From NCBI GenBank assembly GCA_030141605.1, contig JAQGDQ010000315.1, forward strand, positions 62,001-126,000: a stretch of DNA of 64,000 nucleotides, in the 5' to 3' direction. Below are positions 1-12,400 of this stretch, piece by piece. This DNA comes from Tubiluchus corallicola. Its lineage: Eukaryota > Animalia > Priapulida. The notes beneath the pieces are model-generated. The model saw only the letters and a program-made list of their open reading frames with translations, did no database searches and was not told where the DNA came from. The number at the start of each line of letters is the position of its first letter. Position 1 is the stretch's first letter. A program made the translations under genes and the position numbers.

Positions 1-269
1 GAGTCATCTACAATACGAATATGTAAAGAAATAAAATATTCATCAAGACTGTTGTTAGATATTTGATTAAAGGCTCAGTTAGTCATTTTCATAGGCTATA
101 GTGTATTGTCCGATGTTGATGAGCAACTCAATCTCAATCTTATCGTCTAGCTCGTATTTTTCCTTAACTCGAAGCAATTTTCAGGTCCCGAGGTGTACGA
201 GTTGTACCTAGTTTACTGTAAATGAGAATATGCAAATTAATAAAACTTCTAATAATTTTTTTGTTTCAG

Positions 270-373
270 ATGATACAGCATTTAAAGATATCCGCTCTAC
301 TGACAGTAGACAGCTTATCATGAGCCTGTGCAATAGCGCTACATCTAGTTCAAGTTACAGTTCTCCAAATTAG
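270..373 (+). CDS. Possible terminal coding exon of an unidentified gene entering from the left (xDTAFKDIRSTDSRQLIMSLCNSATSSSSYSSPN*)
   Basis: Good acceptor (tttttttgtttcag|, AG at 268-269) followed by an open phase-1 frame to TAG 371-373; no recognisable homology. Confidence 0.2.
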
Positions 374-3200
374 TCGATTAGCAATTCACTCAGAGTCTAC
401 ATCATTCCAACTGCTGCACATGCAACAGAAGAAACAAATTATTACCCAGTGCACAAGTTTCGTATTAACATTAATATTACTATCCATGCCGAGTTGTACT
501 TTATCTAAGTAGCACTTTTACAGTTTCTGAGCTTTTCTTATTTGTTCCTCTTATTAATTTTGATTATGATGATGATTTGATTATGACAAACAAAGGAAAG
601 GAGGTGAGAGGAAAATACTGCAGGAAAAGTTTTGGAAAGGAAATTAGTAACATCTGTTAATTGAGATGCAGCCAAGGGAGGACACAAGTGTAAAAGTTAA
701 AATGTGCCTCATATGATGTTCCTAATTTTTATTAAATTTTTGATAACAGTTTGCTGAATTTTTGTATGTACAAATGGCTTGTAATTATAATTACTAATAA
801 ATTAGTTTATTTTTCTTTATTAAGTCTTTATTATTGGCAGCAGTTTGATATTGTTAGACTGGATTAACTGTGGATTGGAAACCAAGCCGGGGAAAAATTT
901 TACAATCGTGTGTTATTGGCGACAGTTTTGTTTTGCTTATTGTTGATATAATTATATGTGAATGTTATCAGTACTAAAATTCTGAAAGCAACATTTGCCC
1001 AGTGTTCCCATTAATCTTTCTTATAGTATTTTTATTTTTTTAAGCTACTTTCCTAGAACATTGTGAATTGATTTGTCTCTTTTGCCTGGCAGAATTGGGT
1101 GACCAAGCTTATAAACATTTTCAATCAAATAAGCAAATGATGATGGCAGAGTAGTTTCCGATGTTACGATGGAACGTTATAGGTCCAAACTTAAAACGAA
1201 GTTTCTTGTCATGTTTTATGCAAGTACCTTGCTATCCGAATTACTACTTTACTTAAAAACAGCAAATGGTCAAAGGTTGAAAATTGATCAGTTCTTTATA
1301 ATCTTTTAATAGCTTTGAAACTCCAAGAAAATTGTGCAACTTACAGTAACAATTTACATCAACAAACATTTTTGTTCTTAAAACAATCCTCAAATTGGTA
1401 CCTCAAAATATACCAACATGTGAGTGAGCCTGTATTTTACAATCCATTAACTCTACATTTTCTAAGATGAGGAATATTTTATTCGAGCATTATATTATAG
1501 AACTCTAACAAATTTTGCAAAAATCAAAGATCATTGATATACCACACTACAAAAGCAAGCAACCAAGTCAATCAGTAAGAACTAAAGAAAAGGTTAATGA
1601 GGGTCAAGCTAAAACAGATGCATTTCTTACAAATGTAGAAGCTCCTAACTAATATTTTATTGAGCTTTGATAACAACTTACAAAGTACAGTCTGATCGAT
1701 TAATAAATAATTTACACATCCTTTATTCTTGTTAGTACAGAAAATTAAAGCTGATCCGAGACGTGAAAATGCTCTTGCGCTTTTACGCTACTAGGGGGTA
1801 TTCAGAAAATAATTGTACAAGTGTTACTACCTGCTTTGAAATATAACTCAGCGACAAGCATAGATACAAATATCGATTTTATGATTTTAGGAAACGAGGA
1901 TAAGCACCAAAATCTAAAATAAAATTTAGGGGAAGCCTCGAATTTCATAACATTTGTCCTTTATCACTGGCTCAGTTGACACAAATTTCATTCATTTCAC
2001 TAGACTGGCTATTACAGCACATTTCAACTCTTATTGAAAAATGTGGGAGACGAAGTTGAAATTTTAGAGCACAAATCAAATATTTCAAAAATTACAAATA
2101 CTGCAACATATCACAGACGCTACCATGATACTGATGAGTGGATGATAGCCGACAAAAACACAACAAGCACAGCTGAATCATAAACATATATTAACTTATC
2201 AATTAATACAGTAATAAAAAATTAATATTTGTGACTGATAGAAAATGATGTGACTGCTTTATAACCTCAATGATGTTAAATCCAAACTAAACTTCACAGA
2301 GAACACAACATTGCTCTAAAAACGTTATATTTACAAAATATCAACGGCAATTTCATAACAAAAATACTTTCAGGCTCAAATGTGAAACTAGTCGACAACA
2401 GCGTGTTTTATCATCATTCTTGAGCCCACAGAATGTCAGAGGTAAATTTCAGGAATATCACAAGTGTGCTATCATGATAGCTTTAAAACTGATACACCCA
2501 AGTCAATTATTTACACTGAATTATAAACAACACTTGTGTTAAATATAAAAATCAATGACAAAATAATGAATCAAAAAATCCTGCAATTTAAAACAAAAAA
2601 CATGAAAACACCTTTAAACTACCACTGTAGTAAGTCTTCAGATGAATGAAAAAGGACCAAAAAAATCACGTGAAATTACTAATAATTTTTTTTCAAGGAG
2701 TTTTTCATTTACATTATTAAACACACAAAGACATATTCTCAAAAGAAAGTACCCAAAACCTTAACATTGATAATTCAATGTGATGTTTTGTCTTTCACCT
2801 GAAGGCAATCTACAATGGTACTTTGAAACGTTTGTGTTTTTCTTTTCTTCCTTGTTTTTTACTTGTGGAGTTTTTTATTTCACTGTCACTGTTGTTGTCA
2901 TTAGAAATTAATACGTGAAATCAATGACAAATCATTACAGTTTGCCAGGTTTTCAAACAAGTAAACATGAAGAACAATTACAGGTATTATCTGTGGTCAT
3001 TTCCTTCTTCAGCAAATAGAATTTGAAATACACAACACAGCCTGTTCTATGCAAAAACACAAAAATGGATGCTCAATTAATAATACCCACTAATTAGATA
3101 AAATCATAAATCTTGACAATAGATTGACGTCTGACTAGAAAAACCGTGGTAACTGCAAATGGTAAGCAGTTGTCTGTGTTAAGGAACGTGGTGCTACGTG

Positions 3201-3400
3201 TTAAAAAATATTACTGGTACGCTTAGGTCTGGGTTTGCTTTTGGGCATACTGTGGAACTCGTTAGAAGTTGTGCTCCCACGCATCTCTAGTATCTTTGAT
3301 ACTTTCTGGCAAATCATTTTAGCTGTTGGCATGTCAGTTTCAAAGTCAAGGTATTTGAAATCATTTCCGCTCTTGTATGCTAATCGAAAACTGCTGCGAC
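3201..3400 (-). CDS. MAPKAP1: SIN1 last coding exon ([23 protein letters not shown]…ILEMRGS…KRTSNIF*)
   Basis: caatag| acceptor, stop TAA at 3203-3201; resembles the SIN1 PH C-terminus. Confidence 0.92.
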
Positions 3401-6400
3401 CTATTGAGTACAAAACCTATGTGAATGTTAAGCAAAAACATGTAATAGAGAAAAATAGTGTAGAATGTCGGCCTACAAAACACATTGGAAATTAGTCACC
3501 AGACCACAAGTTAATGCAGAGATGCATTTCAAATTCCAGTCATGAGATACAACATGATACAAGTGAAGACATTTAATCTATTGCTTACTGAATCTCAAAT
3601 CAAGTCTGACAAGGAGCAGGCAGATGAACAAAAAGGAGAGGTTGCCTTGAACATAATTATACTTGCATTGCATTTATTGACTGATTATGCTCAGTGTAAA
3701 AATCAAAAATTGTTTTATCGCTTTTACTGACTTTTCTAAAGCGTACGGTATGATTTTGATTGATTAATTCGCTGAAGCGCTTAGGTTGTGAGGCAGTCAT
3801 GTTAGCTGCTGTTGCAGGCATGTACACAAATCGTGTACTGATTTTTAAAATGGCTCTAATTGCAACGTGTGTGGAGGTGAGGCAGGATTCGCCCTCCTTG
3901 TGTTTGTTATTTACGATGTTCATGAACTCACTGATTCGCATGTTAAAGACTAGATGTGATGATGATCATTATTTGCAGTGGGTACACTCGCTGATGTTTA
4001 TGGAAAACACTGTCATACTTGCAACTATGAGAGATCAGTTAGTAGTTAAGCTAAACATCTTACTAGAATTTTGCCAATCATCTACTATGATAATTAATGA
4101 AAAGAAGACAAAATTTCTAGTTATAAATGCGCAAGTATGTTACAGGCTGCCCATCATGGTGAATGAGTTGAGGGTAAACAATTGTAATAATTATGTGCAT
4201 CTAGGGGCAGTCTCTACACAAGATGGCAAACTTTCATCTGCTGTTGAAAAACATAGTGATAATAAGTATTGTCTATTTACTGAAATCTGTTGCCTTCTAG
4301 AAAAATATGTAGGATACTTGGAGGGAGGGGCTCGTTAAATGAACATCAAATAATTGAAGAGATATTGCTGATAGAAAAGCATGTGTTCTGGCATCAGACC
4401 AATCAAAGTTTGTGGTGTACAAATTGCTTAATCCTCATTTAAGTGCATAGGATGTTCATGTCAATCATTCGTTAGGTGTAAAAGAATTCGATAGAATACA
4501 GATGACTAGGCCTCGCCTCTCAGCTCATAATCTTCGTATAGAAACTGGTAGAGGGTTTACGATGCAAACAGAATATGATTTTATTTCTGAATCTACTTCA
4601 AGACTACCCTGAACTAGATTTTAGTTGTTTACTAAATTTATTTACTTGCAATCTAAAGCTTGCATCTAAAACTATTAGATGCTGGTTTTTGTTGTTGTAA
4701 AATTGATATACATGCACAAGGTTAGTTTCTAGTTTCTGTCTGCTAGTTATGCCTATCTGCTTATTGTATTGTATTGGGCTGTAAAACTGTCTCACTTATA
4801 ATTTATTGTTACAGTCAGTAAATGACTATTATTACTACAACTCAAAGCATTATTATGAGGGGGATTATCAGACTTTCCAGTTGGTATCTTATGGCTTAAT
4901 GGTAGTGTCCTCGACAATACACTTTATTCAATAACTCCTTCAGGACTGCGCCATTCAAAATAGGTCTTATAAGACCTATGATTTTTCTGTTGCTGTATGA
5001 GCAAAGGCATAACTAAATGATTACAAATTAGATACTGTACTAATCAGGAGAATCTAGACTATCCAATCATGCTATTTGTTTAAACTCTTACAAGTGATTG
5101 ACATTACCTTCTCTATTTACTGTGTCAAAAATAACTCGCTGAGACGTTCACATTAAACAGTAACTCACAAATAATCAACCCGCATTAACTGTCGGAGAAA
5201 TTGCCATAACTTACCCACAGTAACACACAAAGCAGTTCGCACTTGTGAGTTTGCTATCAGAGAGAAAACTCGCTAGTCTAAATGCGCCATAAGGCTCGAT
5301 TTTTCCTAAATAAATCTTAGCGATTAAAGGAAACATTCATTCTACTTTTGCTCAACAGTGTAGGCCTATACAGTGCCTATGGAAAAATGCATCATCCGTG
5401 TGACACAACACGCCATTTTAAATTCACAATAACATCACTACATACCTGTGCTTGTTTTTTCCTCTAAAACGTGACATGAAGCCACAATACCCATTTTCAG
5501 CGTGATGGGTTTTTGTTTCGGCCGAACTTTGTTGAAAGTGCTTCGATGTGATGCTGGATCAACATCAATTTGATAAGCAGAAATGCCTGCAAGAAAAACA
5601 AAATATTTGCAGATCTTTGCGCACACAACAAAAAGCTCTGAACAAATTGGATGGTTTTTTTGTCGATTGTTACACAAGTCGATAACAAAGTGCAAGTGAC
5701 CTAATGCCTAAGAAATTTGTTTGTCATTTTTTTTGTTTTTAAAGGAAACAGACCCAATCTTAAACTATAACAATCTATAACCTACTGAAAGGGAACATAC
5801 TATTTTTTCAAGAATGACTTATGTAAAAAAAGAGATCCCACGGAATGGTGATTTCATGTGCATGTGGCTAGTTCTTCGTTGTTGCATGTATTTCACCATT
5901 TGCTAGTGAGATTGGCATTACCGATTGCACTTCGGAAATGTGTTGCACAAAAAACAGGTGCTGTACCTCTCAGTTCAGAGCTGCTCAGTGAGATGTTGTT
6001 CGAGAGCGCACATGCATGTGCACAGTGTTATACTTGAAATTTGAATTTTAAACTTATAACTTGCGGAGTGTTTGTATACCACACCGAAATTCTGAATGTT
6101 GTACAGTAGCATTGTACTTCAATTTTCGCTTTTGCAAACATTCTTGTGGAATGTTTATGCCGTTGAAATTATGTTCAGTTGTGATACCATCACTAATTGT
6201 GCTCACCTGCTATTAATTAAGGTTTTAAAAGTTATCTAATTATCAGAAACGTTTTATCATTATTATAGGTGTTAGAATATATACTTTTTACCGTACTTCA
6301 AAATGGTGTATGATACGAAAAATCATCCCATTTCATTTTAAAATTTAACACAAAAAAGTTCTTACAGATAATTTTTGAGTATTTAAAATTCAGAAATCAG

Positions 6401-9400
6401 ATTTTTACTAATTAAACTGCATTCCTGATTTTGAATGTAGAAAATTTAAAATAATGCTGAAGTATATTTAAGCAAAAACTACAATATTTATGCAAAAACC
6501 ATTTGTACTTTTGAATGTAGAAAATTTAAAATAATGCCGAAATATATTTAAGCAAAAACTACAACATTTGTGCAAAAACCATATTTGCTACAGAATTATG
6601 CAATAATTTTCTTTCACGTGCGCATTTATGAGTGTGATCTCAGGACTGCAGAGGAACATTGTATCCTTGGTCATCATGACTAATAAACTGAACTCAAAGC
6701 ACATGTGCTGTTTCTGAATCATAATCAGTTCATTTTGTTTAACTAAAAAGTTATAATGAATGTTGTTCTCACTGATGATTTCTCCTCCCTCAATAATCCA
6801 TCAAGGTTTTGATATTTCAACTTTCGTTAGAGGCCATATGCTCAAAAAATTAACGTGTTGCCTCTTTTTTGCATAAACAGTCTCTGAATATTCATAGTAA
6901 GAAATGTATAAATATGCATTTTCAAAAAAAGAATAATTCTTCACAGTATGTTTTATAAAACTTCACAAGCATTCTTAACAAGTGAGTGGCACATTTGCCA
7001 AAAACTGGCAAAAAGCTCACACAAAAATCATTGTAATAACATTATCGCTAAGTATGACTCGCTCCAGTAAGCAAAGATCAGCCAGTGCTGCAGCTACATT
7101 TAGTGCAAATAGAGTCAATTTTGTTTTTCTTTGCATACAAAATTTATTAAATTTGCAAAATCAGGCAACACCTAATATTTGGCATTATAAAATTTTCTAT
7201 AATTTTAGGATTTTTTGATATTTGTTTTTCAAGAACACCAATATCAGAATTTTGAAGAGCTGTATAATCTGTTAAAAACGTAGTGCAAATTTATAGCATA
7301 ACAAAGTTTCAAAAATACTTGTCTGTAACAGAATTCAAGAGTATGTTGATCTCACATATCATAAACAGGTGTTTTTGATGCATCAGTGTTCTACTACACC
7401 ACAGCTCCTGCTAGTGCCCAAAACACTGTTCTAGCCCTTTTTTGAACTTTCCGAATAAAGTAGCCATCAATCTAGGACCATTGCGACTAATTTTAAGCAG
7501 ATGACCTGGTCACTTTAGATGGCAAATAACATGGACACTAGATAGATTCAAAGCACTACTAAATGTTATTCAGATACAGTCAAACCTTGTTATAATGCCA
7601 GGTCTGGGACATCACTACATATGGCGCTATAGCGGGGTTGGCGGTAAGGCAAGGTTCGTTAATATGAAAGCCAATTCTACATTGTTACCTCTATTTTGTT
7701 TCCTAGTTAATTTTAATAGGTGATAAATAGTATAATATTAATACACTTATAACAACACGTGTTATATACTGTATATTTTTGCTGCATTAACAATACAGGT
7801 ATAGTTCTATAGTGGTGTACCTTGCAAAACTTTTAGGTTGCACAGCATGGAGAAGCAATCTTGTGAAATACTGGGTAATTAGGTAACTGCTGATAAGAGA
7901 AATAAGCATCGACGCTCCCTGGAATATCACTGGACTATAATTAGCTGTCGCTTATAACTTGATCTTGAATGAAGCAGCTTTAACAGCCATTAAGCAGCCG
8001 TTAAATTCACATCGGCTCAGTACTGAACCATCGGCTTAGTTACACAACTCTTGTAATCTTAAAATGCATATTCCCTGTTCAAAACACCAACATTTACTTT
8101 CGTACAGTCACTTGCTATGAAACCCAAATCTTAACTTAAACACAAAATTGTTTTCTTCTCAGATATCATTGTTTTTACAATGTTATGGCTGTTTTTCAGC
8201 TGTAATTCATCGTGCTTTATCTTGGCTGGCGTTATAACGGGGGGCGGTATAACAAGATTCGACTGTACAATGACAGTTGTCCTGTAAACTTTACCTAGAT
8301 GAACTTCAGAACTTGTCCACAACTTGTGGAGGGCATAAATCTTTTGGAAAGACTGATACTGTAGTACGCTGGAAAAGGGCCGGTCAGGTTCCTGAGCATG
8401 CTTCGCTGGTTCACTCTCTTCATCTTCATTATGATACACCGTTACACTTGGAAATGGGCTACCTGCAAATAAAGCCAACTCTGACTAAGCATGCCCAAAA
8501 ACAATATAATCATAGACATAAGTTATCACAACATGTCATAAAATGATTATGCACGTAATAAAATAATTTATGTAAATACGTACTTAGATTACTCAAATTT
8601 GGCAGTGATTGTGCTTAATGTCAATGTGAATATCCAATGCTTTTTTTAATTTAAACAACAAGAAAGGGGTACCTCAAGTAGGTTTCAGAAAAATCGCCTT
8701 AAAAAATTACATTACTTTACAGTAATTTTATGCATATGTTGTACTTGCATTAAAAGGAATTTTTATTTGTTTTCATTTTAAATCTCCCGCAATACTGTTC
8801 TGACGGCGCTATTATATGATAGACTTATGTAAATGTAAATCAGGGGAAGAAAGGGTAATACAAAATTATGTCCCAAAAACTTTCCATGCAAATCTATACT
8901 ACTTAGCATTTCGCTTATGTGCTGGAAGACCTATGCAACTAGAAATAATAATTTAAAATGTTTTCATCAATTGATAAAATGTCGATGGCTCACCCTGCAG
9001 GGTGCACCACTCACTCACCAAAAATATATTTTTAATCTTATTGGCAAGATAAAGTAATTTAAAATTTCCCTTAGTTAGTGACGCGTGCACCACGAATGCT
9101 CTCATTATTTTTTCAAACTTATCTAAGCTTGTATGAAATGATCTACCATAAAAATGGCTGCACCTAGTGGTCATCGCAGGAGTTTAAATTTACAAGTTTT
9201 ATACTACGTTACTGCCGACGCAAGCCCTGTATGCAAAAAGCAGTACAGCATGTAAGTGGCATAAAATTTCAAGATGAATTTTTTAAGCTTTATGCAAGTA
9301 GAGGATTTATGCAAGTAAAGAGTTACCCGTTTTGAGCATGCTTACTGTTTTCTCTTCTCAAACTAAAATTCAAAGTTCCTTGAGACTCCAGAGTGCTCTC

Positions 9401-12400
9401 CATGTCAACAGGAACACCGGGACTGTCCTGCTTCTCCAGTACGTATGACAGTCCATCCGCCTTTACCATCCCCTTTCTTCTCTTCATTACTTGATCAAAT
9501 ATGCTGCCCAATGTAACGTCCAAGCTTTCTACTGGAAAGGTGTTAAAGCCAGATCCAACCACACTGCAATACAATAAGTGTTTGAGAAGTAACCTGAAAG
9601 GGAGCATTAAGAAAACATGTCTGTACAGTACACACGCTGAGAAAATTTTAATAACTCGGCACTTAAGACGAACGAAAATTGTCAAATGTTGATTGAGTAT
9701 CGAGTTTTCTAAGGGGAATTACTTAATTTAATGCAAAGTGATAAGTTTAAAGATTGAAAATAGTAAATTGGACCAGAAGAAATCATGAAATTGCTCATGC
9801 AAACTGTAGCTACAACCTTTTTGATATTTACTTTACAGCTGCACTAGGGTTGAGACATTGTAAAAGACAACACTGATTGTCACTGTCACTCCATTATGAC
9901 TTTACATTTGTGAATTCAATGTTTAGGAATCATAACTTCAAAAGCTTTTTCAAAATAGTGAAAACATCAGACAGCTTTTGTCAGATGATATACAAAATGA
10001 GGACATTTCAGTAAAACTTACACTCTAACAATATGCAAAGCCTTGTCATCCTCTGCCCGTTGCTCTTTTTCTACCAGTGCCAGCGTTGTGAAGCCAAACT
10101 TATTAATAACTTCTTTATTATCCAGTGCAGGAAAGTCCAGATCCGGTTCACCATCATCCTCAGCTATATGCAGCGTGTAGTAATCTCGTTCCCTGGGAAG
10201 AACAACAAGATTTTCACATAAAATCTTTCTTTGATCAACCAATACATGTGATTTTCAGCATCGGGATTAGAATTTTATGGGACAGGTACTCAGTAACCCC
10301 AAAATAAGTACCCATGACCTCTATTGCAAGAGCTTCTGATAGTTCAAACCCAATGGCTTGAACATATTTAAGTTTTTTTTGTAGAAAATTCATATTAAAA
10401 ATTAATTCTAAGAAATTTTCATGCTAGTTGTTAAAATGTCTATCAGTACTTTAAGAGTGATTAGTGTTCCTAGATCTTTCTTATCCTGAGCTTTCTTATA
10501 CAGTTATTGCAGTTCACTGTGCTTTATAAATATTTAAATGTTCTTTCTATATTTGAAATATGTCAGTAGCACCCAGATATAGTTAATATTCAATGACTAT
10601 ACAATTTAGTAAGATGCATATGCCGTGAGACTTATGTGAAATCAAAACGGTAAGAATAAAACAAGAGTGAATTAATTTGCAGAAAGAAAGCCAAAGAAAA
10701 ACCGATAGCAAGGTAATGAAAAGTTAAATTACAGGCTCATAGCATGGATAAAAGTATTTGAGCTTTGTATGAAAAGCAATATTCGTTACTTACCTAAACT
10801 CGTAATCACTGTACTTTTGCGAAGCCAGCCACAATGTCAAGCCGATCAAATCCTGTACCTTGGCTGAACTGACAACACACACTAGCAACGGATATCCTCG
10901 TTTATCGGAAGGCAGCATTGTCAAAAATATACTAATCTTCTTTGTTCCAACATCTATGTGAGTCTATTAAAAAAATACCACAGAGTTTTGTCGAGAACAT
11001 TACATAGGAAAATATATGAGATAGGACTGCTTCTTGCATACCAAATAAAGGAAAGATTAGTTTGCAAATTCCACTTTTCGGCTGCAGCTGCACCATAAAT
11101 AAATAAACGAATAAATTGATTTTAATATGTTCATTTGTTCAAAGAAAAGTCTTATATATGTGAGAGTATTAACAAACATTCAGTTGATTAAAACTTACAT
11201 TGCACATTTGTAGAGACCTATGTTCATTTGTCATTCATATGTAATATAACACACAAATCTGGAAAACTGTAAATTTTCCTATCAAATTTTAAACTGTGCA
11301 AAGTAGCGGTGGGACATCGGCTTCATTTTCATAATCGAGTAATTGGACACGAAATTGATTCAGGCACAAAAAATAACAATTACTTAGTAACATAGCAAAA
11401 TGAGTTTATTTCCTTAGTCTGAAGTTTACAAAATAGTCCAATAAAACTGTCGTCCTTGTTTGCGTGCTTGTACATACTTCTTTCTGTTTACAAAAACTGC
11501 TTTCTTGTGCTCATGGGAAACCTTTGCATCTAAGCAGCATCACGAGAGTGATAAGTTACTAGGCAAAGGTGACACCATGTTGCTTGATTTCACTGCAGTG
11601 ATGGTTATGATTGGAAGTGGTGCTGACAAGCCACTGGCACAGCGGTATCAAGTTTTTTTTGCTGGACTAAGAGCTGTGTTTACCTGTCTTGAGGATAGAT
11701 TTGTTTTATTTTAGAGTTCTGCCTACCTAATGTCTAGATTAGACAATATGGACATATGATGATGATGATGATGATGATGGTTGTGCTAATCTTGTGACTT
11801 CTGCATTTTTTAAGAAAAATAAGTGAAAATGGCACTGGTAACACAATCGATTCACATCAGCAGTTGAAAAAAAGAATCGATGAGAAATGAAAGCCCAAAT
11901 TGACTATCATCGACAAAAGTGATTAATTAATCCCACCATTAGTTCAAAGACATGGAGCTGAAACTACTTATACAACACGATACTTACATTGCCGTCATAT
12001 TTCGTATATTCTGAAAAATGGCTGCCCTCAGCATTAGGAAATTTTTCTAACTGCTCCGACAGCAATGTCCTCGTTGGGGTGGCCTTTTTTACAATTGTCT
12101 TTTTGGCAAAAAGTTCATCTAGTTCTGAATCTAAAATACAAAACCTTGGATAGTGTTAAGAACAATTTTAAATTGATGCTTAAACATAACTTCTTTTTGA
12201 ATGGGGCAGAGTTGAAAAGAGTAAAGACCTTTAAGTATCTGGGTTCAATGATAGACGGGACTGCAGGAATGGAAAAGGAGGTGAATTTCAGGATTCAGTG
12301 TGGTTGGAATAACTGGCAAAAAGTTTCGGGCCAAGTGTAATGACTCACAATGTGTAATGACTCACAATGTGAAATAACCCACAATGTGCAATGACCCACA

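Noticed and set aside
270-373. GAPVD1 last exon (the human neighbour of MAPKAP1)
   Set aside because: The translation does not resemble the GAPVD1 VPS9-domain C-terminus
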